A DNA stretch of 51,596 nt. Source: Alphaproteobacteria bacterium (GTDB lineage Bacteria; Pseudomonadota; Alphaproteobacteria; RF32; CAG-239). Positions 18,805 to 28,154 of the stretch are shown here, piece by piece. The notes below the pieces were generated by a model. That model did not search any database and had not been told where the DNA came from. It was given only the letters and a program-made list of their open reading frames with translations. The position numbers and the translations under genes were made by a program. The stretch is taken from the NCBI GenBank assembly GCA_017475935.1, contig JAFVEP010000054.1:1-51596 (forward strand), given 5' to 3'. Positions within the stretch are counted from its first letter, which is position 1. Every line of letters starts with the position of its first letter.

Positions 18805-19953
18805 ATGACCTGTCCTTATTTTCAAACATGCGGCGGCTGCACATTGCGTAATCTTTCGCAAGCGGCATACAGAGAACATAAAAGCGAACGTTTCAATCAC
18901 TTTGTTGCGGCCCTCAAGCAAAAAGATATTGCACTCGGCAAACCGTTTTTTGCCGATGATGCCGGTCGTCGTCGGGTTGAATTTTCGTTTCAATTTGGCA
19001 AAAAAGGTTTATCTTTCGGCTTTTACGAAGCGCAAAGCCACACTTTAACCAACATTGATAAATGCCTTTCTTTAACAAATAAAATCAACGCGATTATTGT
19101 GCCGCTCAAAGATTTTCTGACACAGCTGTGTCAAATAAAAGCAAGCACAAAAATCAAAGGCAAAATATGTTCTTTGGGCATCACACAAGGAAAAATATCA
19201 GTCACCGATGCCGCCAACGGATTAGATATTGTCTTGCATATAAAAGAAACCATCAGCCTCGAGCATCGCATGCTGATCTGTGATTTTGCGCAAAGCAATG
19301 CCGCTGTCATTCGTATTTCCGTAACGCAAAACGGACATTCGGCCGAAACCGTCATCGAAAAAACGAAACCATTTATAGAAAACAGCGGCTACCGCATATA
19401 TATTGCGGCGGGAACTTTTCTGCAAGCAACCGACGCTAGTCAACAGGCATTGATTGATCTGGTCAAAAAATACAGCGGAAATGAATCCTTAAAAATAGCT
19501 GATTTGTTCTGCGGGATCGGCACTTTTTCCTATCCTTTGGCGCAGAACATCAAAAACAAAATAACCGCGATTGATTCTTCGGCCGAACTCATCAGCGGAT
19601 TTACCCAAACGGTTAACGCCTTAAAACTGCCGAACATCAAAATCAAGCAGCAGAATTTATTCAAATACCCGCTGGACGGTCGGGAGTTAAGTCAATTTAA
19701 TCTGGTTATATTTGATCCGCCGCGCGCCGGTGCGGCCGCCCAAGTTAAGGAAATCGCCCTGGCAAAAGAAGATGATAAACCGCAAAAAATTATTGCCGTT
19801 TCATGCAATCCGTATACATTTATAAATGATGCCAACGAACTTTTATCCGGCGGATATAAAATTGTTGAAATCACCATGGTCGATCAATTTCCGTACACGA
19901 ATCATTTTGAATTGGTTGCCCTGTTTACAAAAGGAGAAAAAAATGAGTCTTAA
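18805..19953 (+). CDS. RlmD/RumA-family SAM-dependent RNA (uracil-C5)-methyltransferase, no TRAM domain
   Basis: N-terminal Cys cluster CPYFQTCGGC, and motifs DLFCGIGTF, IFDPPRAGA, VSCNPYTF and DQFPYTNHFELV. Confidence 0.85.
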   Translation: MTCPYFQTCGGCTLRNLSQAAYREHKSERFNHFVAALKQKDIALGKPFFADDAGRRRVEFSFQFGKKGLSFGFYEAQSHTLTNIDKCLSLTNKINAIIVPLKDFLTQLCQIKASTKIKGKICSLGITQGKISVTDAANGLDIVLHIKETISLEHRMLICDFAQSNAAVIRISVTQNGHSAETVIEKTKPFIENSGYRIYIAAGTFLQATDASQQALIDLVKKYSGNESLKIADLFCGIGTFSYPLAQNIKNKITAIDSSAELISGFTQTVNALKLPNIKIKQQNLFKYPLDGRELSQFNLVIFDPPRAGAAAQVKEIALAKEDDKPQKIIAVSCNPYTFINDANELLSGGYKIVEITMVDQFPYTNHFELVALFTKGEKNES

Positions 19954-21907
19954 CAATCAAAAATTACAACAGATGGCCAACGCCATTCGCTTTTTAAGCG
20001 CCGAAGCTATTGAAAAAGCCAACTCCGGACATCCGGGAATGCCGCTCGGCATGGCCGATGTCGCCGCCGTTTTATTCGGAAAGTATATTCATATTGCTCC
20101 TGATGCCCCGCGTTGGTTCAATCGCGATCGTTTTGTCTTGTCGGCAGGGCATGGTTCAATGTTGCTCTATTCGCTTTTTTATCTGTTGGGTTATCCGGAT
20201 ATCACGATTGAGGATATCAAAAATTTCCGCCAGCTCGGCGCCAAAACGGCCGGCCATCCGGAATACGGCCATTTAAGCGGTATCGATATGACCACCGGCC
20301 CTTTGGGACAAGGTATCAGTTCAGCCGTCGGCATGGCGATTGCCGAAAGGCTGATTAACGCCAAATACGGCAACGATTTGTGCAATCACTTCACCTACGT
20401 TATCTGCGGCGACGGCTGCTTAATGGAGGGCATTTCCGAAGAAGCCATTTCGTTGGCCGGCCACCTGAAATTAAACAAACTGATTGTCCTGTGGGATAAC
20501 AACAATATCACCATCGACGGAACGGTCGACAAAGCTAACACCACCGATCAACTCGCCCGTTTCAGAGCGGCTGAATGGAACACCATCAGTATCAGCGGTC
20601 ACGACTATGATCAAATCAGCACGGCTATTGAAGAAGCTCAGCGTTCAAACAAGCCGACGCTTATCGCTTGCAAAACAACCATCGGTTTCGGCGCACCGAA
20701 CAAGTCGGGGACATCAAAAGTTCATGGATCTCCACTCGGCAGCGAAGAACTTTCTTTAATGAAGAAAAATCTCGGCTGGGACTATGAACCGTTCAGTGTT
20801 CCGAACGAGGTCATGGCTACATGGCGGGCCGCCGGACAAAAATCAGCGGCGCTGTATCAACAGTGGCGTGAAAAAGCCGAAGCAAATACAGAATTTATGA
20901 ATTTCATTCGTAACAATCTGCCGCAAAATTGGGATAAACATCTGAACGAATTGAAAGCACAAGTTTTGCAACAACAGCCGAAAGTTGCCACCCGTAAAGC
21001 CTCGCAAATGTGCTTGGAAAATTTAGTTTCGTATATTCCGCAAATGATCGGCGGTTCTGCAGACTTAGCCGCATCGAATTTAACCTTTGTCGACGGCATG
21101 AAAACAATCACCGCCGATGATTATAACGGCAACAACATCATGTACGGCATTCGTGAACACGCCATGGCTGCCATCATGAACGGACTGAGTTTGCACGGCG
21201 GCGTTATTCCGTACGGCGGAACATTTTTAGTCTTTTCCGATTATATGCGTCCGTCCATGCGCTTAGCCGCGCTGATGGGGCTGCGCGTCATCTATGTTTT
21301 AACTCATGATTCCATCGGTGTCGGCGAAGACGGGCCGACACACCAACCGATTGAACACTTAGCTTCTTATCGGGCAATGCCGAACATCAATGTTTTCCGC
21401 CCGTGTGATGTGATTGAAACGGCTGAAGCTTGGCAGCTTGCCGTTGAAAGTGAAACAACGCCGAGCATTCTCGCTCTTTCTCGTCAATCCGTTCCGACTT
21501 TGCGCACTTCTTGCAGTGAAAACTTAACCGCCCGCGGTGCTTATATTATTTCGCCGGCGGATGGCAAAGTGCAAGCTACATTAATCGCAACGGGAACCGA
21601 GGTTTCTTTGGCTGTTGCCGCGCAAAAGCAGTTGAAAAATTTAGGCATTGACGTTAATGTCGTCTCTATGCCTTGCTGCGAATTGTTCGACAATCAATCC
21701 GAGGAATATAAACAATCCATTTTAGGCTCTGCCCCGCGCATTGCGGTTGAAGCGGCAAGTATTTACGGGTGGGAAAAATATACCGGCATGAACGGTGCAA
21801 CCATCGGACTGTCCGGTTTTGGAACTTCCGGCAAAGGTGAAGATGTTTATGCACACTTCGGCATCACAGCCGATCACATCGTCGAAGTGGTCAAAAAGTT
21901 TGTATAA
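19943..21907 (+). CDS. tkt: Transketolase
   Basis: SGHPGMPLGMADVA, the ThDP motif GDGCLMEGISEE and HDSIGVGEDGPTHQP. The ATG at 19943 has an AAGGAG SD and overlaps the preceding gene by 11 nt. Confidence 0.95.
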   Translation: MSLNNQKLQQMANAIRFLSAEAIEKANSGHPGMPLGMADVAAVLFGKYIHIAPDAPRWFNRDRFVLSAGHGSMLLYSLFYLLGYPDITIEDIKNFRQLGAKTAGHPEYGHLSGIDMTTGPLGQGISSAVGMAIAERLINAKYGNDLCNHFTYVICGDGCLMEGISEEAISLAGHLKLNKLIVLWDNNNITIDGTVDKANTTDQLARFRAAEWNTISISGHDYDQISTAIEEAQRSNKPTLIACKTTIGFGAPNKSGTSKVHGSPLGSEELSLMKKNLGWDYEPFSVPNEVMATWRAAGQKSAALYQQWREKAEANTEFMNFIRNNLPQNWDKHLNELKAQVLQQQPKVATRKASQMCLENLVSYIPQMIGGSADLAASNLTFVDGMKTITADDYNGNNIMYGIREHAMAAIMNGLSLHGGVIPYGGTFLVFSDYMRPSMRLAALMGLRVIYVLTHDSIGVGEDGPTHQPIEHLASYRAMPNINVFRPCDVIETAEAWQLAVESETTPSILALSRQSVPTLRTSCSENLTARGAYIISPADGKVQATLIATGTEVSLAVAAQKQLKNLGIDVNVVSMPCCELFDNQSEEYKQSILGSAPRIAVEAASIYGWEKYTGMNGATIGLSGFGTSGKGEDVYAHFGITADHIVEVVKKFV

Positions 21908-21966
21908 GACTTGTTGCCGTAAAAGCTCTCCGCAAGAAAGCCCATCCAAACCGGCAAGATAGTGAA

Positions 21967-22188
21967 TTGTCGCCCCTTTCTCGGCACTGCGCGTCCTATC
22001 ATAAACAAAAGTCATCCCTTTTGCGGCGCATCTTTTTTATTGTCATCGCTCGCACGGCACGCCGTGTCCGTGCGTCCAGCGATCTCATCTTTGCGCAGCG
22101 CTATACATTTTTTACTGTCATTTCTCGAAGTGCGCTGCGCGTCACTTCGTCAAGAAATCCCATCTTTGCGCAGCACCATATTTTTTTA
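21967..22188 (+). repeat. Tandem array of one degenerate and two intact units of the palindromic repeat family
   Basis: Intact unit stems are CGCACGG/CCGTGCG (22051-57/22068-74) and CGAAGTG/CACTTCG (22126-32/22143-49). CTTTGCGCAGC boxes lie at 22089-99 and 22164-74. A degenerate unit at about 21967-22038 carries CTTTTGCGGCGC. Confidence 0.8.
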
Positions 22189-22259
22189 ATTCGAAAATAC
22201 CCTGACCTCGTGTGTTCCACACTCGGAGGCATGATTTTTTATTAATTTATAAAAAATCC

Positions 22260-22287
22260 TTGCCTTTTTTGCTGCGGGGGGTAATGT
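22260..22287 (+). promoter_or_regulatory. Candidate sigma70-type promoter for pilin paralog B
   Basis: TTGCCT, a 16-nt spacer ending in a G6 run, then TAATGT, about 100 nt upstream of the start codon. Confidence 0.3.
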
Positions 22288-22324
22288 GAAAAAAAGTATT
22301 TTTAAACAGATAAAGTCACCCCTA

Positions 22325-22347
22325 TTTTTCGCTTTGAAAGCGAAAAA
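22325..22347. promoter_or_regulatory. Perfect 23-bp palindrome (candidate operator) in the pilin B leader
   Basis: TTTTTCGCTTT-G-AAAGCGAAAAA. The 1-nt centre argues for a dimeric protein site rather than an RNA hairpin. Confidence 0.3.
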
Positions 22348-22389
22348 TTCAAGGGGACTCCCGAATCTTAAAGCAAAAGGAGAAGTAAC

Positions 22390-23085
22390 ATGAGAACAAA
22401 AACAAACCAATCCGGTCGCAGTATGATTGAAATGCTCGGCGTCTTGGCTATTATCGGTGTGCTGTCAGTGGGCGGCATCGCCGGCTATTCCAAAGCCATG
22501 CAAAAATACCGCACCAACAAAACCATTGATCAAATCACCCAAATCGCCAACGGTGTCCACATGCTTTACGGAACCCGTCCCAACTACGCCGGCCTCAACA
22601 TCGGCGTCCTTGGCAAAGCCAAAATCATCCCGCAGGAGTTGATTGAAGGAGAAACAATTGAAAGTGCACAAAGAGCCTATGAAGAATTTCAGGGTGATAG
22701 ATCTTCTGGAGAAGGTGCTGCTCTTGTGGAAAGATGGATCTATCTTCAACAGCATCCTGAAGAAGCTCAGTTCACCGGCACCAACCCATTCGGCGGCAGA
22801 GTTCTCCTCTCCGTTGACGGAGATGCCAAAGCCTTCTCCATTAATTACCTCGGTCTGCCGGAAGACGCTTGCATTGACGTCCTCACTCAAGATTGGGGCG
22901 GTGCATCTGCCGGCTTAATCGCCGCCGGTGTTGACAGCACTATTTCATCAACTTACGGCTGCACCGGCGACAAAGGTTCGCATGTTTGTTCCAACCAAAT
23001 GCCGGTAACCGTCCAAAAGGCCATCGATTTGTGCGCCACCATGAATGATTCCCAAAGTAAAGGCGTCATTCTTAAATTTCGCTGA
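22390..23085 (+). CDS. Type IV pilin-like protein, paralog B
   Basis: MRTKTNQSG|RSMIEMLGVLAIIGVLSVGGIAGYSKAM: a short basic leader, Gly -1, Glu +5 and a hydrophobic helix. AAAGGAGAAG SD. C-terminal Cys pairs. Confidence 0.75.
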   Translation: MRTKTNQSGRSMIEMLGVLAIIGVLSVGGIAGYSKAMQKYRTNKTIDQITQIANGVHMLYGTRPNYAGLNIGVLGKAKIIPQELIEGETIESAQRAYEEFQGDRSSGEGAALVERWIYLQQHPEEAQFTGTNPFGGRVLLSVDGDAKAFSINYLGLPEDACIDVLTQDWGGASAGLIAAGVDSTISSTYGCTGDKGSHVCSNQMPVTVQKAIDLCATMNDSQSKGVILKFR

Positions 23086-23103
23086 TTCTTTTATCAGGCA
23101 AAT

Positions 23104-23142
23104 CAAAAACGGCACTGACCACAAAAGTCAATGCCGTTTTTG
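23104..23142. terminator. Bidirectional rho-independent terminator between convergent pilin B and adhE
   Basis: AAAAACGGCAcTGAC...GTCAaTGCCGTTTTT, with A and T runs on either side. Confidence 0.6.
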
Positions 23143-23166
23143 ATTATTCGGTGTTACCCTCTCCGA

Positions 23167-25770
23167 TTAAAGTTTGAAATCAATCACACCGTCATAAGCA
23201 TAACGATACATTTGTTCAATTTCCTTAAACAGCGGATAACGTGGGTTAGCTGCCGTACATTGGTCATCGAAGGCCAATTCCGGAAGCGTTTGCATTGCTT
23301 TTTCCCACTCGTCTTCTTTGATGCCCCATTCACGAATTGAAGCCGGAATATTGAGCTTTTTCTTCATGTCTTCCAGAGCTTTGATCAAATTATCAACGGC
23401 CTCATCATCCGTTTTGCCGCTCAAGCCGATACCGCGGGCAAATGCAGCATAAGCCGCCTTGGTATTCGGAAAACGATATTGTGGGAAGGTTGCCTGTTTA
23501 GCCGGACAATCGTTCGCATTATAGCGGATAACCTGACTGATCAGCAGTGCATTAGCAAAACCGTGCGGAATATGGAAAGCCGCGCCGAGTTTGTGCGCCA
23601 TTGAGTGGCAAACACCCAAAAAGGCATTGGCAAAGGCCATACCGGCAATGGTTGCGGCATGATGGACTTTTTCACGAGCCGCAGCATCCCCTGTTTCATA
23701 CGATTTAATCAAATTTTCATAAATCAGTTTACCGGCTTCCACAGAAAGACCGCGGGTATAATCTGTAGCCATACATGAAACATATGATTCCAGAGCATGT
23801 GTCATCACATCAATACCGGAAGCGGCACACAAACCTTTCGGCATTGTCATGACCAAATCCGTATCAACAATCGCCATTGACGGCGTGAGCGTGTAATCGG
23901 CAACGGCATATTTAACGCCTGTTGAATCATCGGTAATGATGGCAAACGGCGTAACTTCCGATCCCGTACCGGACGTTGTCGGAATAGCAACCATCTGAGC
24001 TTTGACACCCATTTCCGGAAATTCGAAAATACGTTTGCGAATATCCATAAAGCGCCGCGCCAAGTCTTCAAACTTGAGTTCCGGATGCTCATACATAATC
24101 CACAAAATTTTCGTTGCATCAATCGGCGATCCGCCGCCCAAAGCGATCAAGACATCCGGCGCAAAGCTTTCAACCATATCACGAGCTTTGTTAATAGTGG
24201 TCAAATCCGGATCCGGTTTCACATCACTGAAAATTTTATACTGAATTCCCATTGGTTCAAGGATATCCGTAATTTTTTTGGTATATCCTAAGTCAAACAA
24301 AGGTTTATCCGTAACAATGAACGCTTTTTTCTTGCCTTGAAGTTCTTTTAAGGCGAAAGACAAACATCCCGGTTTGAAATAAACTTTCGGCGGAACTTTG
24401 AACCACAACATGTTTTCTTCGCGTTTTGCCACAGATTTAATATTCATCAGATGTTTTACTCCTACATTTTCACTTACCGAATTGCCACCCCAAGAACCGC
24501 AACCAAGCGTTAATGACGGTTCCAATCTAAAGTTATAAATATCACCGATTGCACCTTGTGCTGCAGGGCAATTGATCATCACACGACCGGTCGGCATAAC
24601 GTCGCCATACAATTTGATCCGTTCGTCATTGCGCGGATTCGTATAAAGAATCGATGTATGACCGGCACCGGCAAACAAGACCAATTTTTTAGCTTTTTCC
24701 ATCGCATCATCAAAGTCTTTGGCGTGATACATAGCCAAACACGGCGATAATTTTTCATAAGAGAACGGTTCTTCCGCACCGATTTTCGAAACTTCACCGA
24801 TTAATACTTTGGTATTCGGATCAACTTTAACACCTGCCATTTCGGCAATCTTAGCCGCCGGCTGTCCGACGATTCCGGCGTTCAATTTGCCGTCTTGAAT
24901 AATCGTAGCGGCAACTTTTTCACGTTCTTTTGCCGGCAAGACATAAGCGCCGCGTTTGATAAATTCGGCTTTAACCGCATCATACATGCTATCCACAACC
25001 ACAACCGATTGTTCTGATGCGCAAATCATGCCGTTATCAAAAGTTTTGGACATCAAAATTGAGCTGACCGCCATTTCAATATCTGCCGTTTCGTCAATCA
25101 CAGCCGGTGTATTACCCGGACCAACACCCAAAGCCGGCGTACCTGATGAATAAGCAGATTTAACCATGCCCGGACCGCCGGTAGCCAAAATCAGGTCCGA
25201 CTGTTGCATCAAAAATTGTGTTTTGTTCAATGTCGGTTCATCAATCCATGCAATAATACCTTCCGGAGCACCGGCTTTAACCGCTTCTTCCAAAATAATG
25301 CGAGCGGTTTCAATGGTGCACTTTTTGGCGCGAGGATGCGGTGAAAAAATGATACCGTTACGCGTTTTAAGTGCGATCAACGACTTAAATATAACCGTCG
25401 AAGTCGGATTCGTCGTCGGAATAACGCCGGAAATCACCCCGACCGGTTCGGCAAATTTAATCATGCCATTGGCTTTATCATCTTCGATAATGCCGCAAGT
25501 TTTGGTATTTTTGAACTTATTATAAATATATTCCGAAGCGAAGTGATTTTTGATCACCTTATCTTCGGCCACACCCATTCCGGTTTCTTCGACAGCCATT
25601 TTAGCCAACGGAATACGCATCGATGACGCTTTTAAGGCCACCCGACGAAATATTTCATCAACCTGTTCTTGCGTATATGTTGCGAACTTTTTCTGTGCCT
25701 CACTGACTTTTTTGATCAATTCAGCAACATATTCCTTTTCTTGTTTTTCATCAATTTGATTATTATCCAT
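23167..25770 (-). CDS. adhE: Bifunctional acetaldehyde-CoA / alcohol dehydrogenase
   Basis: 867 aa. The N-terminal aldehyde dehydrogenase half includes the catalytic-Cys region NGMICASEQS. The C-terminal half is an iron-type ADH (GGGSPIDATK, histidine cluster HSMAHKLG). Confidence 0.95.
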   Translation of the reverse strand: MDNNQIDEKQEKEYVAELIKKVSEAQKKFATYTQEQVDEIFRRVALKASSMRIPLAKMAVEETGMGVAEDKVIKNHFASEYIYNKFKNTKTCGIIEDDKANGMIKFAEPVGVISGVIPTTNPTSTVIFKSLIALKTRNGIIFSPHPRAKKCTIETARIILEEAVKAGAPEGIIAWIDEPTLNKTQFLMQQSDLILATGGPGMVKSAYSSGTPALGVGPGNTPAVIDETADIEMAVSSILMSKTFDNGMICASEQSVVVVDSMYDAVKAEFIKRGAYVLPAKEREKVAATIIQDGKLNAGIVGQPAAKIAEMAGVKVDPNTKVLIGEVSKIGAEEPFSYEKLSPCLAMYHAKDFDDAMEKAKKLVLFAGAGHTSILYTNPRNDERIKLYGDVMPTGRVMINCPAAQGAIGDIYNFRLEPSLTLGCGSWGGNSVSENVGVKHLMNIKSVAKREENMLWFKVPPKVYFKPGCLSFALKELQGKKKAFIVTDKPLFDLGYTKKITDILEPMGIQYKIFSDVKPDPDLTTINKARDMVESFAPDVLIALGGGSPIDATKILWIMYEHPELKFEDLARRFMDIRKRIFEFPEMGVKAQMVAIPTTSGTGSEVTPFAIITDDSTGVKYAVADYTLTPSMAIVDTDLVMTMPKGLCAASGIDVMTHALESYVSCMATDYTRGLSVEAGKLIYENLIKSYETGDAAAREKVHHAATIAGMAFANAFLGVCHSMAHKLGAAFHIPHGFANALLISQVIRYNANDCPAKQATFPQYRFPNTKAAYAAFARGIGLSGKTDDEAVDNLIKALEDMKKKLNIPASIREWGIKEDEWEKAMQTLPELAFDDQCTAANPRYPLFKEIEQMYRYAYDGVIDFKL

Positions 25771-25941
25771 TATTTCCTCCTGATTAAACTGTGGTCATCA
25801 TAGAGGATAATTCCCGAAATGAAAGTTTTTTTTCTGTTTTTTTACATCACATTTTATTACCATTTCTAACATTATCCCTTGAAAGACTGCCATCAATGCA
25901 TATATAAGTTTCTGTTCATATTTTAACAGAAGGAGAAGAAA

Positions 25942-26367
25942 ATGAAATATAGAATTTTAGCTTGTTTGGCTCTGGCCGGTTTGGTATATGGCGGTGCCGC
26001 ATCTGCGATGAATAATGCCGCACATTCTGACAGCCACACGCCGGCTGCACAGCAAATGATGTCGGGAAATTCGGCTAAACCGTTATCCAAAGTTTCGGAA
26101 TTAAACGGCAAAAATGATGACGATATGGTTTACGTTCAAGGCTTTATCGTACAAAATTTGGGCGATGATATGTATGTATTCCAAGATCAAAGCGGTACCA
26201 TTAATGTCGAAATTGATGACGACTTGATGCAAAATGCCGTTACCCCGAATACGATGGTTTGGATTGCCGCCACAGTAGATAAAGAAGGTCAAATTACATC
26301 ACTGGATGCGGAAGAAATACAAATTCTGCCGGCTAATGAAAATACGGCCAACAATACCAACAATTAA
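25942..26367 (+). CDS. Periplasmic OB-fold protein, YgiW/BOF family
   Basis: Signal peptide MKYRILACLALAGLVYGGAASA, then VYVQGFIVQNLGDDMYVFQDQSGTINVEIDDD, which is typical of the bacterial OB-fold family. Confidence 0.7.
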   Translation: MKYRILACLALAGLVYGGAASAMNNAAHSDSHTPAAQQMMSGNSAKPLSKVSELNGKNDDDMVYVQGFIVQNLGDDMYVFQDQSGTINVEIDDDLMQNAVTPNTMVWIAATVDKEGQITSLDAEEIQILPANENTANNTNN

Positions 26368-26370
26368 TAA

Positions 26371-26426
26371 AAAAAAGCGGAAAATCTCAAAATACCGAAA
26401 AGCATCCGAGTTTTTCCGCTTTTTTC
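26371..26426. terminator. Candidate bidirectional terminator
   Basis: GCGGAAAATCTC (26377-88) pairs with GAGTTTTTCCGC (26408-19) with one mismatch. It is flanked by A8 and T6 runs. The loop is long, about 19 nt. Confidence 0.45.
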
Positions 26427-26600
26427 TTACCTGATTTTTGAATTTCTGGTCAGGTAAGAACCGATGGCTACAATTGCCATACATGCCAATGACAACATTG
26501 AAAATGCACTGGCAAGAACACTTATTATCATAATATGCAAAAAAATTAGTTATCGAATTTATTGTACGCAAAATTTTCGTCTTTGTAAAGCAAAAATAAC

Positions 26601-27053
26601 TTATACCACCTTATTTTTTATTTTTGCGGCTTCCGCGCGGGCCAACGCATCACACCTTTCATTTTCCGGATGTCCGTTATGCCCTCTCACCCAAATCCAA
26701 CGGATTTCGTGTTTTTGTTGCAATTCATCCAATTTTTGCCAAAGATCAATATTTTTAACGCCCTTATTCTTATGGGCCGTCCGCCACCCTTTTTTCTTCC
26801 AATTATCCATCCACTCGGTCACACCGTTCATCACGTATTGGCTATCCGTGTACAGTGAAATATTGCAACTTTTCTTTAGTGCGCTCAAGGCTTCAATAAC
26901 AGCCGTCAGTTCCATCCGATTATTGGTGGTATTCTCTTCCCCGCCGCTTAATTCCTTTTCAACCTCTTTATATATTAAGATAGCACCCCAGCCGCCAGCT
27001 CCTGGGTTACCCGGACAAGCGCCGTCCGTAAATATTTCCACTCTGTCTGTCAT
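26601..27053 (-). CDS. rnhA: Ribonuclease HI
   Basis: 150 aa. [32 protein letters not shown] and [17 protein letters not shown] carry the DEDD catalytic residues. Confidence 0.95.
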   Translation of the reverse strand: MTDRVEIFTDGACPGNPGAGGWGAILIYKEVEKELSGGEENTTNNRMELTAVIEALSALKKSCNISLYTDSQYVMNGVTEWMDNWKKKGWRTAHKNKGVKNIDLWQKLDELQQKHEIRWIWVRGHNGHPENERCDALARAEAAKIKNKVV

Positions 27054-28120
27054 TCCGTTATTTCCATAAAGTCATTAAAAAATTCATTCAGCAGAAGTTC
27101 TCTCTGCTCTTCCGAAGAGCGAAACACTTTTGCCACGAATGAACGCAGATTATTCCGCAAGCACTCGATCCGGAAAGATTTAGGCAATGCGCTGTCCGCA
27201 CCGACGACTCCGTTAATCAGCAAATCGCTGTCCGTCATTTCGGATAAAATCATCTCAATTTGTGCAAATTTAATAATTCCGCGCGGCGGTAGACGCTGTT
27301 CGGCTTTGGTCATTAAATTGAGCTGACCTTCTATACCTTTAAAGTTAATCATCTGCCCATAATCTAAAAAGCGCACGCGGTTATATTCACTGCCGCTGCT
27401 TTCCGTCATGCATGTCATATAAAGCTCACGCGCAATCACATTGCTGTCATTTTCGCACATCACATCAAAAGAAACTTTGACATATTTTTGCGGCGGCGTA
27501 TCAATCGTTTTCGGATACAAAATATCTTGATCTCCGTACTCCACAATTTCAAGCTGACGGTTTTCAATACGAATATCAACATCCGGCTGCGGCCGACGTC
27601 CGAACATGCCGGCAATAACCGAGTATGGCGCCGGCACATTATTAGAACCCGAACGAATATAAATACGTCCGCCGAGAGTTGTCATTAACGGTGCGACATT
27701 TGATTTCGGAATATAGGTTGCCAGATAACCGTCACCGTTTTCGTCACAACTGATAATATGATTACGCACCCGATTGTGGCTCGGAATCGTGCATCCGGAG
27801 ATTGCATTTTCCACCCAGCTCATAAAGCGATGAACATTTTGCACTTTAACTTTGGCCTGTGCAACGTCGCCGATATCCATATCGCGCGCGCACTCAACGC
27901 CCCATATCACGATTCCGCCCTCTGAATTACCGAATCCGGAAATACATTTTGCCAGATTGCGGCGATCATCATTGCTCAAAGACCAACCGTGTTTTCCTGT
28001 CGATGTTGCTTGCTTAAAGTCCAAAAAAAGCTCTTCAGTCTGACGCTGAACAATAAATTCATCCAGCGCATCTTCGCCGAAATAAATCAATTTTTCAAAA
28101 ATATCTTCCGCTCTGGACAT
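27050..28120 (-). CDS. AlbA_2 (Schlafen-like) domain protein with an uncharacterised C-terminal half
   Basis: [26 protein letters not shown] and [13 protein letters not shown] match my recollection of the AlbA_2 / divergent-AAA consensus. The ATG at 28120 has a GGAGGA SD. The stop overlaps the rnhA start as ATGA. Confidence 0.65.
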   Translation of the reverse strand: MSRAEDIFEKLIYFGEDALDEFIVQRQTEELFLDFKQATSTGKHGWSLSNDDRRNLAKCISGFGNSEGGIVIWGVECARDMDIGDVAQAKVKVQNVHRFMSWVENAISGCTIPSHNRVRNHIISCDENGDGYLATYIPKSNVAPLMTTLGGRIYIRSGSNNVPAPYSVIAGMFGRRPQPDVDIRIENRQLEIVEYGDQDILYPKTIDTPPQKYVKVSFDVMCENDSNVIARELYMTCMTESSGSEYNRVRFLDYGQMINFKGIEGQLNLMTKAEQRLPPRGIIKFAQIEMILSEMTDSDLLINGVVGADSALPKSFRIECLRNNLRSFVAKVFRSSEEQRELLLNEFFNDFMEITE

Positions 28121-28154
28121 CGCTCCTCCATACACTGTTTATAGCATAGAGAGA

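Noticed and set aside
773-22188. Whether the tandem repeats could be a CRISPR array.
   Set aside because: The units are directly abutting with no unique spacers. There are only 2-3 units per locus, and no cas genes are present in the window.
26424-26460. Perfect 11-bp inverted repeat TTCTTACCTGA/TCAGGTAAGAA downstream of the ygiW-like gene.
   Set aside because: No T-run follows on either strand, and it sits directly beside a better terminator candidate. No other copy exists in the window, so I have no basis to assign a function.
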